Part shown: positions 24,465 to 37,649 of the stretch, one piece after another | Layout: each line of letters begins with the position of its first letter | Numbering within the stretch: the first letter of the stretch is position 1 | Source: Octopus sinensis | Lineage: Eukaryota | Direction: 5' to 3' | Length of the DNA stretch: 64,000 nt | Assembly (NCBI RefSeq): GCF_006345805.1 | Contig: NC_043010.1 | Span: 25,110,001-25,174,000 of the forward strand | The notes under the pieces: generated by a model | What the model saw: only the letters and a program-made list of their open reading frames with translations | What the model was told of the DNA's origin: nothing | Database searches by the model: none | Translations under genes and position numbers: made by a program

Positions 24465-26378
24465 ATATCGAGAAATTTTATTGTTGAACAGTATTCTGTG
24501 ATTTTTCTAAGGAGGATTTTCCTGTTTTGGAAAAGACAGTCAACAAAGACGCTGATATAAAGAAAGATAAAACTGAAATCAACACCACCACCACCACCAC
24601 CAACACCAATGATAGAACTAACACTGACACAGCAACCGTTAACAACAACAACAAAAATGAAGTAAATATAAATGACCACGATGTTTCGCAAGATTTGATT
24701 ATCTCACCTATTAATGGTGAAGATAATATTAACATGACAAAAGTAACAATACCTGAAAAAGCTACAAACAATACAACAACCAACAATAATTCTGATACAA
24801 CAAAAAAAAACACACAACGACAACTGCCAGAAGAGAACTGTGAATTTCGCTGACACCCTGCGTCAGAAAAAAGAAATTATACAGTTCACAAATGAAGAGT
24901 TGGTGGAGACAAGATCACTCTTCACAACTTCAGGGCAAAATTTAATTCTACACACACCACAGCATGTGAAAGAAGATGTGGAGAAGAGAACAATTTTATA
25001 TAGGATTATAAAAAAAAATCCCCCCAAAAAAAACAGAACAGGTAACAAAAGCAGACATTGAAACATGTGCCAAGAATATTATGAAAATAAAACAATACAT
25101 AAACTGGGGTCCCCAGTTTAATACAGTGGTGGTCCGCTTCCATAATCAGGAAGAAGCAAAAGTTCACTCTACAGAAACACTACAAAATGAAGAACTCATC
25201 ATGATACCATATTACAGAGGCCAAAGAGTAAGTAAGATAAAAATAAAAAATGTCCCGCCAGAAATCCCACCCAAATGGATAACATCGGCGATATGTTATC
25301 ATTTGAAATCGATAAACATATTGGAAATCGCGGTGTTTAAAAATGATAATTGGACTGGTAAATCGATAGAGGTGACCCTTCAAATCGATGGGTCTTCTAT
25401 CGAGAACTTACCTAATATCATATATTTGGAAAATGGGCAAAGCCTGTATGTAGTAGCAGAAGGTAAAAAGCCAAGATGCTGCAGCTGTGGCAGCCCAGAC
25501 CACTTAATTGCAAAGTGCATTCTGGGACAGAAAAAACAAATCAGAAAACAAATAAAAAACCTCTGCTACCAACACCACCAAACCCACAACTGATACAAGA
25601 ATTATATAGAAATATTGAACAACGCCAAGAACAACAACAAACTAGCAAACAAACCCCAACAACATCACCAAGATGAGAAACAGCACCAACACAATTACCG
25701 TTGATGTTGCAACCAAATAAAGAAGCGAAACCACAACCAACATCAAAAGACAGACCAACACCAGCACCAAGGACAACAACTAAGAAAACAGATAACAGTG
25801 ACGAGAAGACAAATTCTACCCCTAACACCACAACAACACAAACATCGCACAAAACAACAACACTTTCTACAAACATACATATTAACGCAAATGCTTTGCC
25901 TTTACCTCCTTCTGATTCGTCAGACTCTTCGTCCAACGACGAAAGTTCGACAGAATGGCAAATAGCCACAGGGGGTAAAAGGAAAAGATCAAAAAAGCCC
26001 ACCAAACAAGCAAGTAAAGCAGGGAGATATTTAACTCCTGACAGCCCCCCCCCCTTAGACAATCAAAACATCAATGACCCCGCAAAACCACACACACACA
26101 TCTAACAGCAATAGACACGGACAATAAAAAAACTAATGGAATACATTGCATCCAACACAAACATCTGTGAAGATGACTTTAAAGTAAATAATCATCCACG
26201 CACTACACCACCGAAACACATAAGAATTGTACACATAACACAAACACAGCACCACACACTGAAAACCATATTTCCAAAACGGTCGGGGGGTTTCAAAAAT
26301 ACTTGTCGAAAAAACTCTACAAACACCTCCTCAAAGACATTTCAAAAGAAGAAGAAAAAACTCAAACTTTCGAAATGA
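24465..26378 (+). pseudogene. Tx1-like ORF1, copy 2 (frameshifted)
   Basis: N-terminus near-identical to copy 1; central domain ...LYVVAEGKKPRCCSCGSPDHLIAKC; C-terminal FQKYLSKKLYK motif in a shifted frame. Confidence 0.8.
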
Positions 26379-26452
26379 GTAAGTGACCTTCTCTCTTGCC
26401 TCTTGTCTCTTTCATTTTAGTGTGTGAAACACAATTTTCTTAAACATCAATT

Positions 26453-29082
26453 ATGCTTAAATTAGGTTGTGTGAATGTGCGTGGCTTGGCGTCGGCTTGG
26501 AAGCAAGGTTACCTTCTAAACGACATCAAGTCACTGAATGTGGATATAGTAGCTATCAGTGAAACCAGACTCAGCAAGCCGCGGGCCCTCACGTCCATAT
26601 TTGGCAGTCAATTCAACATTTATTTTTCTCTGTCTGCCGAACATGGGTGGTGGGGGTACCGCGGTGCTTTTTCGAAAGAGTCTAAATGTAAAAGTAAGAA
26701 CAATATTCCTTGACCCGGAGGGTAGGCTGGTTGTCTTGGATGTGGATGGCAGAAATGGGTGTGCATTCCGTCTGATGGCAGTTTATGCACCGTCCTTAAC
26801 GGGTCGGGCGGATTTCTTCAGACGTCTAGAGGTTTTCCTGGGTATGTCTAGACCTTTACTGTTAGTAGGGGATTGGAACGCTACCTTGGACACACATCTA
26901 GACTATGTGGGAATGGATAGGAATAGAAAGGGGTGTAAGTGCCTCAAAGACCTGCTCAGACGTTTCCATTTGTCTGACAGGTTCCGACTCGACCATCCAA
27001 ACGTGCCAACGTGGACTTGGACAAACCATGACGGAACGTCGAGATCTTATCTAGATAGAATTCTATGTAGGACAGAAGATAGGGATAGTGTAGGATGTCC
27101 ACAATTTAAAATAGTCAGCTACACAGATCACAAATTTGTGACGTGTACGCTCAACTTAGATAAGACACATAGACAAGGTCCCGGTTACTGGAAACTAAAC
27201 ACGTCGCTCTTAGTGCGACAGGTTTACAGGTTGGCGGGAGCCGTCGTTAACAACCACTGGTGGTTCGCCCTGAAAATGGCAATAAAATCGGAATCAATTA
27301 GGTTTAGCAAGGAATTAGCGATAGATTGAAATAGAGTAGAGGGAGACTTGGTTAAGAAACTAGAAGAGGCACTTACCACTGGCAGCGCAACCAACGTGAT
27401 GGCTGCGAGGATGGCCCTCGACCAACACCTCAACACCAAACACGAAGGTTGCGTCGTCAGAGCTAAAATGCGTGCCTTAAGGAACAAAGGGATCGAAGCT
27501 GCGCGAGAGGCCCGGATAGCGGAGGCGCAACGTGACAACAGAGCCACCATTTGGTCTCTAATAGATCAACAGGGATGCAGTTTACTCGAACCCGAATGGA
27601 TATGTGAGGCCTTTCAACAGCACTTTGCTCGACTGTTTGGTGCAAGTGGTGGGTCGGAAAGCAGGATGGATTTCAGTACCTACCTGACCGACCTGCCGCG
27701 GCTCTCGGCAAGGGAAGCAGAGTGTTGTGAAAGTTCCATCACAGCTGCTGACATGCGGGATGCGATGGCGGGCTGTGCGAGGGATAAGTCTCTGTATTGT
27801 CAAATGCCAGACTTGTTTGGCGACCTCTTGGCATCAGTCTACAGCAACTGGCAACAAAACGGGAGAATCCCCGGTTTCGTGAGCCGAGGTGCAGTGACGT
27901 TGCTGAAGAAAGACCCAAACAAGGGGAATTTTATAGATAATTTCGGGCCCATCACTCTGCTCAACGCAGATTTGAAAATTTTGGCCAAAGTAATAGCTGA
28001 GAGGTTGGCGCTTGTCATTGGTAAACTGGTCGACAGGGTGCAAACATGCGCTGTGCCAGGCAGAACCATACATGACAACCTCCATCTGATGCGCTACATT
28101 GTGGACAGGGTAGCTAAGAATCCTGGCATGGGTGGGGCGCTGATCAATTTGGATCAGTCTAAAGCCTTCGATAGGGTCGACCAACAGTACTTGGCGGCCA
28201 TCCTCAGGGCGGCTGGCTTTGGACCCATCTTCCACAGTTGGATAGCTGCCTTGTATAGCGGCATCTGATCGGTGATTCGGGTGAACGGTCACCTGTCGAA
28301 ACCGTTTGACATCACGCATTCAGTCCATCAGGGGTGTCCCCTGTTGGCGCTTCTGTATGTATTGACTCTTGAGCTGCTATGCGGAAGCTGGTGACACTGA
28401 GGGGATCCCATGGGAACTGGGTTGCAGGACGAGCGTGTCGGCATATGCGGACGATGTCACCGTCATAGTGTTGAGCGAAAAACACATCCAGATGATAGGT
28501 GAGACACTAAAAGAATATGAAACGGTAACGGGAGTGAAAATTAACCTGGAAAAGCCAGTGGGTTTGCTACTCAGCACCTGGAGAAGCAAGCCCATACCGT
28601 CTGACTGCGGCTCAGTAGTGGGACACTGGACGGACGGACCGGTTAAATTGCTCGGGGTCTGGTTCAGTCCGGACCTCCGAATGGATAAGAACTGGGACGA
28701 GATCACAAGTAGAGTGGTCACTCTCAGCCAAACATGGGCCAAGAGAAAGCTGTCTCTAAAAGGTCGGGTGGAGGTGGCAAATACGTACATCGCATCCGTC
28801 ATCGATTACCGCCTGACCGTCGTGCCTTGTCCCGACGCTACCATCACCAAACTGAAACGCATACTCTTGGTGAAAGAATGTGTGTGGTGGACGTGTTTGA
28901 AAGGGCTACAAACAAACACCTTCCTCTCTGGTCAGTCTCTCATCAACTTTTTCAAGTACCACTTGAAAAGGAGGATGAGAATAGAGAGGAAGGCTTTGTC
29001 GAACAAATGTTTCAATAAAAAGTGGGTAAAAGTGGTAAAAATGGTCAGTAAATCTGTAACCAAAAGAGACAACGAGAGGTAA
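26453..29082 (+). pseudogene. Tx1-like ORF2, copy 2, disrupted
   Basis: APE and RT motifs across ORFs 26453, 26559, 27348, 28369; deletion junction at ~28870 (RILL|VKECVWW). Confidence 0.92.
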
Positions 29083-29467
29083 GGTGACTTACTCTTATGT
29101 ACATTTCGAACTGTCTGAGGTGACCTTGGTCCTTTTTGTAGGTTTTTCTTTCCAAGGCTACACCTAAACTGTGAACTTTATATATATTGCTTTTTATACA
29201 TCACATAACCCACAGATCCCTATTGATCGAACGTTTTTTTTTTCTTTGTGTGTCCCACCCATCCCACCTCGAAAAGAAAAACTCTACATTGTATTTCGTC
29301 CATTTTTTCTGTGTTTAGCCCTGTGTGGCCACAATAAAAAGTTATTTATCTATCTAGGCCTATATCCCTATATCTCTTTATCTATATCTACATGCACACA
29401 CACACAATTAATATAAAGGAGGATTAGCAAGTGAAATTCACAAATATTTTATTTTTCTGTATTTCAG

Positions 29468-29591
29468 ACTTTGGAAAATACTTGGAGAGATACTATCTTT
29501 AAAAAAAAAAAAGATGAAACACGAATTAAGACAGCAGAAGTTACTTCAAAAACAAAAAGATGAAGAAATGAAAAATAAACAACGCCATGAG
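29468..29591 (+). CDS. Candidate exon of an unidentified host gene (basic, coiled-coil-like)
   Basis: ttttatttttctgtatttcag acceptor and GAG|GTAAGT donor; TLENTWRDTIFKKKK-MKHELRQQKLLQKQKDEEMKNKQRHE is continuous only if the 12-A run (29501-29512) is 11 A. Confidence 0.5.
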
Positions 29592-29889
29592 GTAAGTTTA
29601 TGCATAGATGAGCCAATGAGGGAGTCAAGTAATAACAGCCCAATATCCCTCAATTCTATCTCTATAATCTTAAAAATGAAAGAAACATTCAATAATATAA
29701 CCACGCACGCACACACATACCTCGCATGTGTGTGTGTTGACTTCTCAAACAAGTGATTTCAAGTACAGTCCCAGTATCTGGTACCTTGAGCAAGTGTCTT
29801 CCCAGATGTATATATATTCTATTATTAGTTTCAGCCAGAGGCTGTGGTCATGTCATGGCACCACCTTTAGCACTAATGTGTGTTTATTT

Positions 29890-30425
29890 TAGACTCGATT
29901 CCTCATCCTGTTTCTGGAATCGGTCCTGATGAAGTAATGAGTTTGATAGAGGTGCCCTTTTACGATTCTTGCCACGATGTGGGTCCATCGCATATATCAG
30001 ATAGAAATTTGTTCATACCTCATAGGTTTCTGAGGCCTTTTGGCAATGTATTGGAAAGTTGCAGATTTTGGAAAACTTAGTTGCATTGGGAACTTACTCT
30101 GGGGCGGAGATGACAGGATTTTTGGTATTATGCAGTGTCATTCAGTCCGGTGAGTGGTATGGCTTTCAATTTCAAAGTTGGAAGCTATATCTCCCAGTAT
30201 TTCAGCCAACTTGTATATTACATCCAAATCCATCTACATTTTTGAGATATCTTCAGGGTTCTTGTTTGCTTGAGATACATTTGCATCATCAGCAGCTAAC
30301 TGCATAAAAGTACCACCATGAACAGCAGTGGTCCGAGTACAGTTCTCTGAAGGTCTCCTTTAGTATTGATGTCTTCTCAGAGAGTACACCATTGGTTGTG
30401 ACAGTCTGGCTTCTGTCTTTTAAAA
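29890..30425 (-). pseudogene. Highly decayed CR1/Jockey-group LINE RT fragment
   Basis: KDRSQTVTTNGVLSEK, TVLGPLLF, AADD followed by DLDVIYKLA in shifting frames. Confidence 0.55.
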
Positions 30426-31542
30426 AGTCATCAGCTATTCTTCTTGTTTACCAGTGATATGTACATGTGTGTGTGTGTGTAAGAGAGAAAGAGAATGTAT
30501 CTCTTATGATAAAAGGCAGATTTTCTCTGCCTGTTCCCATGTTCCTTTTTAATACAATTCTACAATATAGAATTTCTTCAATTGGAATTTACCTATGATT
30601 TTTCGAAGTAGATTCAATTGGGTCATGGCATGTAAAGTTTTTTCAATTTGACCCCCCAATTAAGCAAAAATTCGAGAAAACTCAATATTTTACGATTTGC
30701 CTCTCTCATTTCAAGTGGTTTACTCCTGCTATTACCACCACACTTTCTCCTACTTTCTCTTTGCAAGTGTGAAACTATAAAAGTGAAAGTATTATATAAC
30801 AGAGATGAGCCATTAATAGTGGTCATCCTTTTTGCCAGAGGAAGATCCGCTATGGTCTTATATGCTACACCACTGGTTTTTGATTCATATTAATCAAATT
30901 AATATTCAATTTTTCACCCTTATTATGTGTGTGTGTGTGTATTAGCAATTCGTATAAAATAGCATCAATGACTTGAACTTGAATAAGTGGTTTCACATAA
31001 ATGGGGATGAATTTAAAAGGTTTCTTGTTATTATTATTACTGTTTGACTATTGTAATCACGTTTTTTGGTTCCTCGTCAGGGAAACGTTGTTGTGTTGCA
31101 TTTGTTAAATAATTGTAAAGCGTAACCCTCCCCCTTTCGGAGAAGGGGCTTTGGTTATTGTCTAAAAATTGAATTGTGTCCCTGTTTGGGGAAATTGACA
31201 ATATTTTCACCGTCTTTACGGAAGCATTTTTGTTAAAATGCCTTCGATAGAAGAAAGTCCAAAAATGAATTTCGCTGCAGCCGTACACTTTTATACAAGA
31301 GGGAGGACAAGATCCAATTGATCGAAATTGCAAGAGACAGGCCTACAATTCCAGTCTGTTATATATTTTGAGTATTGTTATCACTAGCGATATCAAGATA
31401 TAACTTTGTATTTTGTATTTTATGTCTAGATGTATATATATAGATGTACATGTAATATGTACACATATATATACACATATATACATGCATAACATATTTA
31501 CCCATACACACATATGCACATACACACACATACATAGGGGCA

Positions 31543-31675
31543 GGTGTGGCTGTGTGGTAACAAACTACATTCCAAACACATGGTCCTGGGTTCAGTCCCA
31601 CTGTGTGGTGACTTGGCATGTGTCTTCTGCTGTAGCTTCAGACCAACAAAAGCCTTCTCAGTGGATTTTGTGCAT
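31543..31675 (+). mobile_element. tRNA-derived SINE, 5' fragment
   Basis: gctgtgtggtaa A-box-like and gggttcagtccc B-box-like; homologous to 41593-41998. Confidence 0.75.
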
Positions 31676-31729
31676 ATATACAGGCATACATACATATATA
31701 TACATGCATACGTACATATTCGGCATAAA

Positions 31730-33635
31730 CACTCTACCACTACAACTAATAACTGTTGGGAACACTTTCAAACCTGCCTTACATTCGAACCGGAATCTCA
31801 AAAACATTGTCCCCTTCAGCGCCAAGCTCAACTGCTCTATCCTGACATGGAGGGTATCAGCAATGAAATCTATTACAAAACACTCATTGACGTTGAAGAC
31901 AGAATTGCTAAACTGGGTGGAAATGAATTGTCGACGTATGGCCCGCCACAAGCATTCAGGTCAGGGTCAAATAGCCTTCCCACTGCTGTCATTCGTGAAA
32001 CAACCTACGACACTCAAGTGCTTTCAAAGTACATTGTTGAAAATGAGCCTAAATTACTTCCGGACCAGCTGCAGGCCTACAGAACTATTCTTAACAGTGT
32101 ACGCCAATGCGAGGGACGAATCTTCTTCCTCGATGCTCCTGGAGGAACAGGAAAAACATTTATTACAAAGCTTCTCCTTGCAGAAGTTAGGTAGCATCCT
32201 GATGCTACCAAATGGAAATTTTGTGAATTCTCGCTGGTGTATGCATACGTGTACATTGCAGTAGCTGTAGCCTCCTCTGGCATTGCAGCTACTTTGTTAC
32301 CCGGTGGCAGGACAGCACACTCAACTTTTAAACTCCCTCTCAATTTAGCAGCATCCGAAATGCCTTCATGCAACATCAACAAAAGCTCAGATCAGGGACA
32401 AGTACTTAAAATGTGTTATGTAATTGTCTGGGATGAGTGCACTATGGCTCACAAGGGAGCTTTGGAAGCATTAGATAGAGCTCTGAAAGACATCCGAGAC
32501 TGTCAGCCTCCAATGGGAGGTGTAACGCTTCTGTTGTCAGGTGATTTCAGGCAAACTCTTCCTGTCATTCCGAAAGGCACTAGAGCTGATGAAGTTCAAG
32601 CATGCCTAAAGTCCTCTACCCTGTGGCATCATGTTACAATCTTTAGTCTCACCACTAACATGAGAGCTCAGCTACACGGCGACACAATGTCCACAAAGTT
32701 TGCACAGGACATTTTGACACTTGGTGAAGGCAAGATGCCTCTCGATGCTGCAGGACAAATGGAAGTGTGGTCATTTTCCTCTGTTGTTAATTCTGTAGAT
32801 GACCTCAAAAACAAAGTCTTTCCCAACTTCACACAAAACTACCAAAATCACAATTGGATGTGTGAAAGAGCAATATTAGCTCCAAAAAACGTTGCTGTTA
32901 ACAAACTTAATCAACAGCTAATGCATTCTCTTCCCGGCACTATACACACTTACAAATCTGTTGATACAATTCCAGATATAAATGATGTTGTGAACTACCC
33001 TCCTGAGTTTTTCAATTCACTGGAGCCCTCCTCGACTACCTCCACTTAAAGTTGGAACTCCTGTAATGCTACTCCGCAATCTGGAAACACCAAGACTTTG
33101 CAATGGGACACAACTGGTGATAAAGAAAATGATATTACACATTATCGAGGCGATTATTCTTTCTGGATGTGGAAAAGGTGATGACGTCTTTATTCCAAGA
33201 TTTCCTCTTATTCCATCAGGAGCAGAAATTCCATTTACATTCAGAAGACTGCAATTCCCCCTTCGTGTCAGCTTTGCCATGTCCATTAACAAATCTCAGG
33301 GTCAAACCCTCTCTGTAGCTGGTCTTCTCTTGGAAGAGCCCTGCTTCTCGCATAGGCAACTGTATGTTGGCTGCTCAAGAGTAGGAACCAAAAGAAACCT
33401 TTTTGTATATGCTCCACAAGGAAAAACAAGGAACATTGTTTACAACGAGGTGTTATAATCTCAACAGCCAGGAGGTATATACATGATCCCCATTTTTTTA
33501 ACAAACTTCATGTACTTTCATGTATTTATATTAATATACATATATTTGTGTGTGTGTATTCATATATATATATATAACAGAAAAGTCTAATTCTTCTATT
33601 GAACGTAACCGGGCAACACCGGGTATCTCTGCTAG
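31730..33635 (+). mobile_element. Helitron 3' half: PIF1-like helicase pseudogene and 3' terminus
   Basis: FFLDAPGGTGKT, VASSGIAATLL, IVWDE, GDFRQTLPV, FAMSINKSQGQT, LYVGCSRV, KTRNIVYNEVL*; terminal ccgggcaacaccggg hairpin and CTAG|T at 33632-33636. Confidence 0.92.
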
Positions 33636-34369
33636 TGTGTGTACATATACGTATATAATTTGCATCATTATTGTCGTTGTCGTCATCATCATCATCATCT
33701 TCTTTATCAGTGATGCCATCGTCACTTCAACATCCACTTTACCATGCTTATATGGTTTGGACAAAGTTCATTGCCACTGAATTTTCTGTGTTCAGATGCC
33801 CTTCCTGTCACACATTTTTACTTGCTTCCAAGCAAAGTAGTATTCCTGTATGGCCAAACATGTTTTCAATGAATATTGGAAAATGAATGACATTCATTAA
33901 AAGACACACGATGCCAAGGCAAAGATACACAAACATACATACATACCTATTGTGACTGCCGCATCTTGTCAGATGTTAGCCCTCTCACATTCAGCATGAT
34001 TGTTCTGATTTACTTTCATCCATGAATGAGCTCGGATATGACTTTTCAGGCCTGTACACGTCACATGCATCCATTACCATAAGACTTTAGAAAATACAAA
34101 ACAGATAAAAAACAATGAAACGATTGTCAGACATTTGTACGTCATTTGATTTAAGTGAAAAAAGCTTGTATAACACTTCTGCCACTCACTTGATTGTCAT
34201 AGTATGTCCCAGTGACAAGCATTGTAAGATGACTGCTACTAGTTTGACTGCAAGTTTTATGTCAGAATATCTTTGTCTTAGAAAAGCAGCCCCAGCACAA
34301 TTCTTCCAGGCCCCATCAGTGGGACATATATCCCACATTAGGAGTCACTGCTGTAGTCTTTTTATGTTG

Positions 34370-34860
34370 GGAAAGATGCGTTCAACTTCCTGTAGCCAGG
34401 TCTCTGAGTCCTATCTAAGGTGACTGTGAAGATTACAAATTTATGATCTGTGTAGCCGACCAGTTTGAATTTTGAACACCCTAACATATTTCTGTCTGTT
34501 AACCTAACAAATAATCTATGTACAATATGGAAGATCCATCATTGTGGCTCCAAGTCCACATTGGCATATTTGGGAGATCCAATCAGTATCTTTCAAACAG
34601 CTGAAAGAGTCTAAGCATGTTTTTGAGGCTTTTGCATCTTCTATGGGTTAACCCTATACAATTCCATTGTGTGTCATGAATATCACTGCAAGTCCCTACT
34701 AGAACTAAAGAACAGGATGCACCAAGGAAGGTGTCTAGACGTCTGTAGAAATGTAGCCATCTGAAGGCACTGCTTTTACTGTCGCTCACATGTAACACCA
34801 CCAACTTAGCTGTCAGATCAAGAAAGATCGTCTGCACCTCAACAACAACCATAATGGTTA
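34370..34860 (-). pseudogene. L1/Tx1 APE endonuclease fragment
   Basis: IFLDLTAKLVVL...LVLVG...MPMWTW...YTDHKFV...PGYRKLNAS aligns by eye with the APE of the 17.8 and 24.0 kb elements. Confidence 0.8.
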
Positions 34861-34894
34861 CAAATTTTGCCACAAGGGCAGCTATTTTGGGGAA

Positions 34895-35058
34895 GAGTAC
34901 AAATCGATTACATCTACTCCAGTATTTCACTGGTTCTTAATTTATCAATTTCTGAAAGGATGAAAGGCCAAGTCGACCACGGCAGAATTTGAACTCAGAA
35001 CATAGCAGATGAAATACCGCTAAGCATTTGGCCCTACGGGCGAATGATTCTGTGCAAG
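34895..35058 (-). mobile_element. tRNA-derived SINE, second family, decayed
   Basis: Minus strand aaatgcttagcggtattt...gttctgagttcaaattctgcc...gtcgac...tttcatcctttc...gatgtaatcgatt; weaker copy at ~45750-45850. Confidence 0.6.
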
Positions 35059-35239
35059 TCATCATCAAGCCATTAATCAGGACCTGAATTAAAGTCAAAA
35101 GTGCAAAAGGGAAAAAATGGAATGAGAAAAAGAAGTGAGCTGAATAAATGAGGTTTCATGAAACAAATGAACAGAATATAGGATGAAAAATGAGGTTTTG
35201 AAACATCCGCCCAGTGACTGATAAACCAGGCTAGAGCAA

Positions 35240-36650
35240 TTTGTATGACTGACTGGCTTACAGGATTAGCAGTTGAAGAAATCCAGAGAAGAATAAGAAA
35301 TGAGAAGGAAGAGAGAGAAAAAGCAGTGGCAGAAAGTTGTAATGAAGGAGTAAAAGATGAAGAATATGAAAAAGAAGGAAATCACTATGTGCCTGAGATT
35401 GCTGATGAAGAAAGTGGTGAAGATGATCAAGTTGGACAGGTGAGAGTAACTGGTGATCAAGATTTGAATGACAAAGGGAAGGAGATTTTAGAGTTGCTGC
35501 GAGCAAAATGTGTAATGGGAACAATGAATTATATAGACAGAGGATGTTAGGAGAACCACCGTTGAAGTAAATGACGTTTTGAGTTTGATTAGAACAGAAA
35601 ACTTAAGTGAAAGAAACCAGCTGATCATCGCTGCTGCTAATTCTATAGCTAACATAGTAGAATGCAAACAGAAAATGAAAGGAAATGAAAAGAAAGAACA
35701 AAATTGGAAGAAGAGAATATGAATGAAGTTAGAAAAGACATGGAAAGAACTGGAGCAACTGAATGAGGTAGTAATCATAAAATTGAGAGGACAGTAAAGG
35801 TTAGAAGAAGAAACAGGAAAGCAAATGGCAGATGAAGATTTGATACAAAAGGGGACAGCATTAAAGGCCAGACTGAAAAAATATGATGCAAAGGCTTTGC
35901 AGAGAATAGACTTTTCCAATCGAATAGAAGGCATCTTTTTTGTGGAAATAGAGATGGAACAACATCAGGAAATTTTGGAGGGAACTGTGGAACAGACCGG
36001 TGAGACATAAAGAAAGCACTGAGTGGCTAACACAGGTGGAAAGACAACTTGCAACTGTGCCAAGACAAAAGGGCATCAAAATCAATCTATTGGCTGAAGA
36101 ACTTTACACAGTTGGATGAAAGGATCACTGCACAACTGGATAAATGCCTGCAACATAGCCACACCCCTATCTGGATGACAAGTGGAGGAACTCTGTTATA
36201 TCTCAAGGATCCCTTGAAAAGTAACTTGATATCAAATTTTTTACCTATAACCTGTTTATCACTTATACGGAAGCTTATGACCAGCATCTTAGTGGAAAAG
36301 CTATATAATCATTTAGAAAGTAACAATCTACTTCCAAAAAAGCGGAAAGGATGCAAGAAACAAAGTAGGGCAACAAAAGACCACTTATTAGTTGATAAAA
36401 TGATAATTATAAATTGTAGACACAGAGAAACGGGAACTAAATTAGCATGACTAGATTACAAAAAAGCATATGACATTGTACTGTACAGCCAGATAAGTAA
36501 AACAACAAGCATGTTTGGAGTGGCAGAAAATATAGAAGAAAAAGGTTGATGAAAGTGAAACATTGGAATGTTGAATTGATTGTGTGTTAAGGCCATCTCC
36601 ACAGGTTTTCTACAGAAGTTATAGCCAGCTCTAATTTTGTGATGACACTT
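35240..36650 (+). pseudogene. R4/Dong-like (RLE-type) non-LTR retrotransposon, N-terminus to mid-RT, decayed
   Basis: PIWMTSGGTLL..KDP...NFLPITCL...KGCKKQSRATKDHLLVDK...LDYKKAYD. Confidence 0.8.
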
Positions 36651-37649
36651 CCTATCTGAGATGTCACTTATAAAGAAACAATGAAATTGAAGATGTAAAA
36701 ATGGGTAATGGGCATATATGCCATATTTTGGAAGATTTTGTTCCTTCATCTGCACCCATCTAACTTGTTTATCATTCACAAACTCATTGCTTAAATAGCC
36801 ACTGCATATAATGGTGTAACATTATTGGATATACTAATTTACATATTAAACACCTTCCTGGAAGCTGGTATTACGTTATGCAACCATAATGTTACAAAAT
36901 ATATTAAACGCATTTATAGGTCAATGCCGTGTAATTCCTGTGTTAAAAGTGCACTTCAGTGCTGGTTGTAATTTCTATAGAAAAATTTGTAGAGATCCCC
37001 ATAACACGGTTACTCATTACATTGATTAAAGGTCTTCAGTTCGTGCCCATACTGTTTATTCTACGGCCATCATGCATCTAGCACTCCACTATTTAATGTC
37101 CTGCTTTGCTAAAATAGTAAGAGTGGTTTGAATGACATTATGCAGCTCACATTCTTGGGGTTTCAGTTTCAGCTTGCCAGTGCATGGTAAGTGTCTTTTA
37201 CTATAGGACAGTGGCTACCAATGTCTTTAGAAATGATTTAGCAGATGGAAACAATGCAGAAGTCCATAACACGTGTGTGTGTGTGTGTATGTATACATGT
37301 ATATGTATATGTATACATATGTATGTACAGAAACATTCACACACAAATACACACAAACACCTATGTGTATGTATACATGCACATACATACATACATGCAC
37401 GTACATACATATGTATGTATGTGTAGGATTTGGAGTGTTGTTAAAGATTTTCAGCTTGATAGAGTTAAGTATGGTGAAATGAAAGGAAATTTCATAAACA
37501 AATAGCGCGTTGTGTGAGTTTCTTATTACTTCTTTAAATGTTTCTTAGGTACAAAAGTACGCATATTTTAAGCTAGTATAAGATCATACTAGCGTGCCCA
37601 TGTTGGTAAGGTATACCTGAACTATTGGAATCTCACTCTGGACGATCAG

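Larger units (their letters stand above)
24049..29342 (+). mobile_element. L1/Tx1-clade LINE copy 2, decayed, ~0.7-kb deletion in ORF2 C-terminus
   Basis: Same 5' UTR as copy 1; ORF1 with CCSCGSPDHLIAKC; ORF2 CVNVRGL...DQSKAFDRV...YADD; AATAAA at 29333 then ttatttatctatcta. Confidence 0.92.

Noticed and set aside
30623-30893. Short ORFs upstream of the Helitron as a possible Rep domain or transposase
   Set aside because: No HUH or DDE motifs found
31059-31080. Minus-strand CTGACGA-GGAACC-AAAAAACGT
   Set aside because: Stem II 3' arm and G12 missing; too degenerate to call
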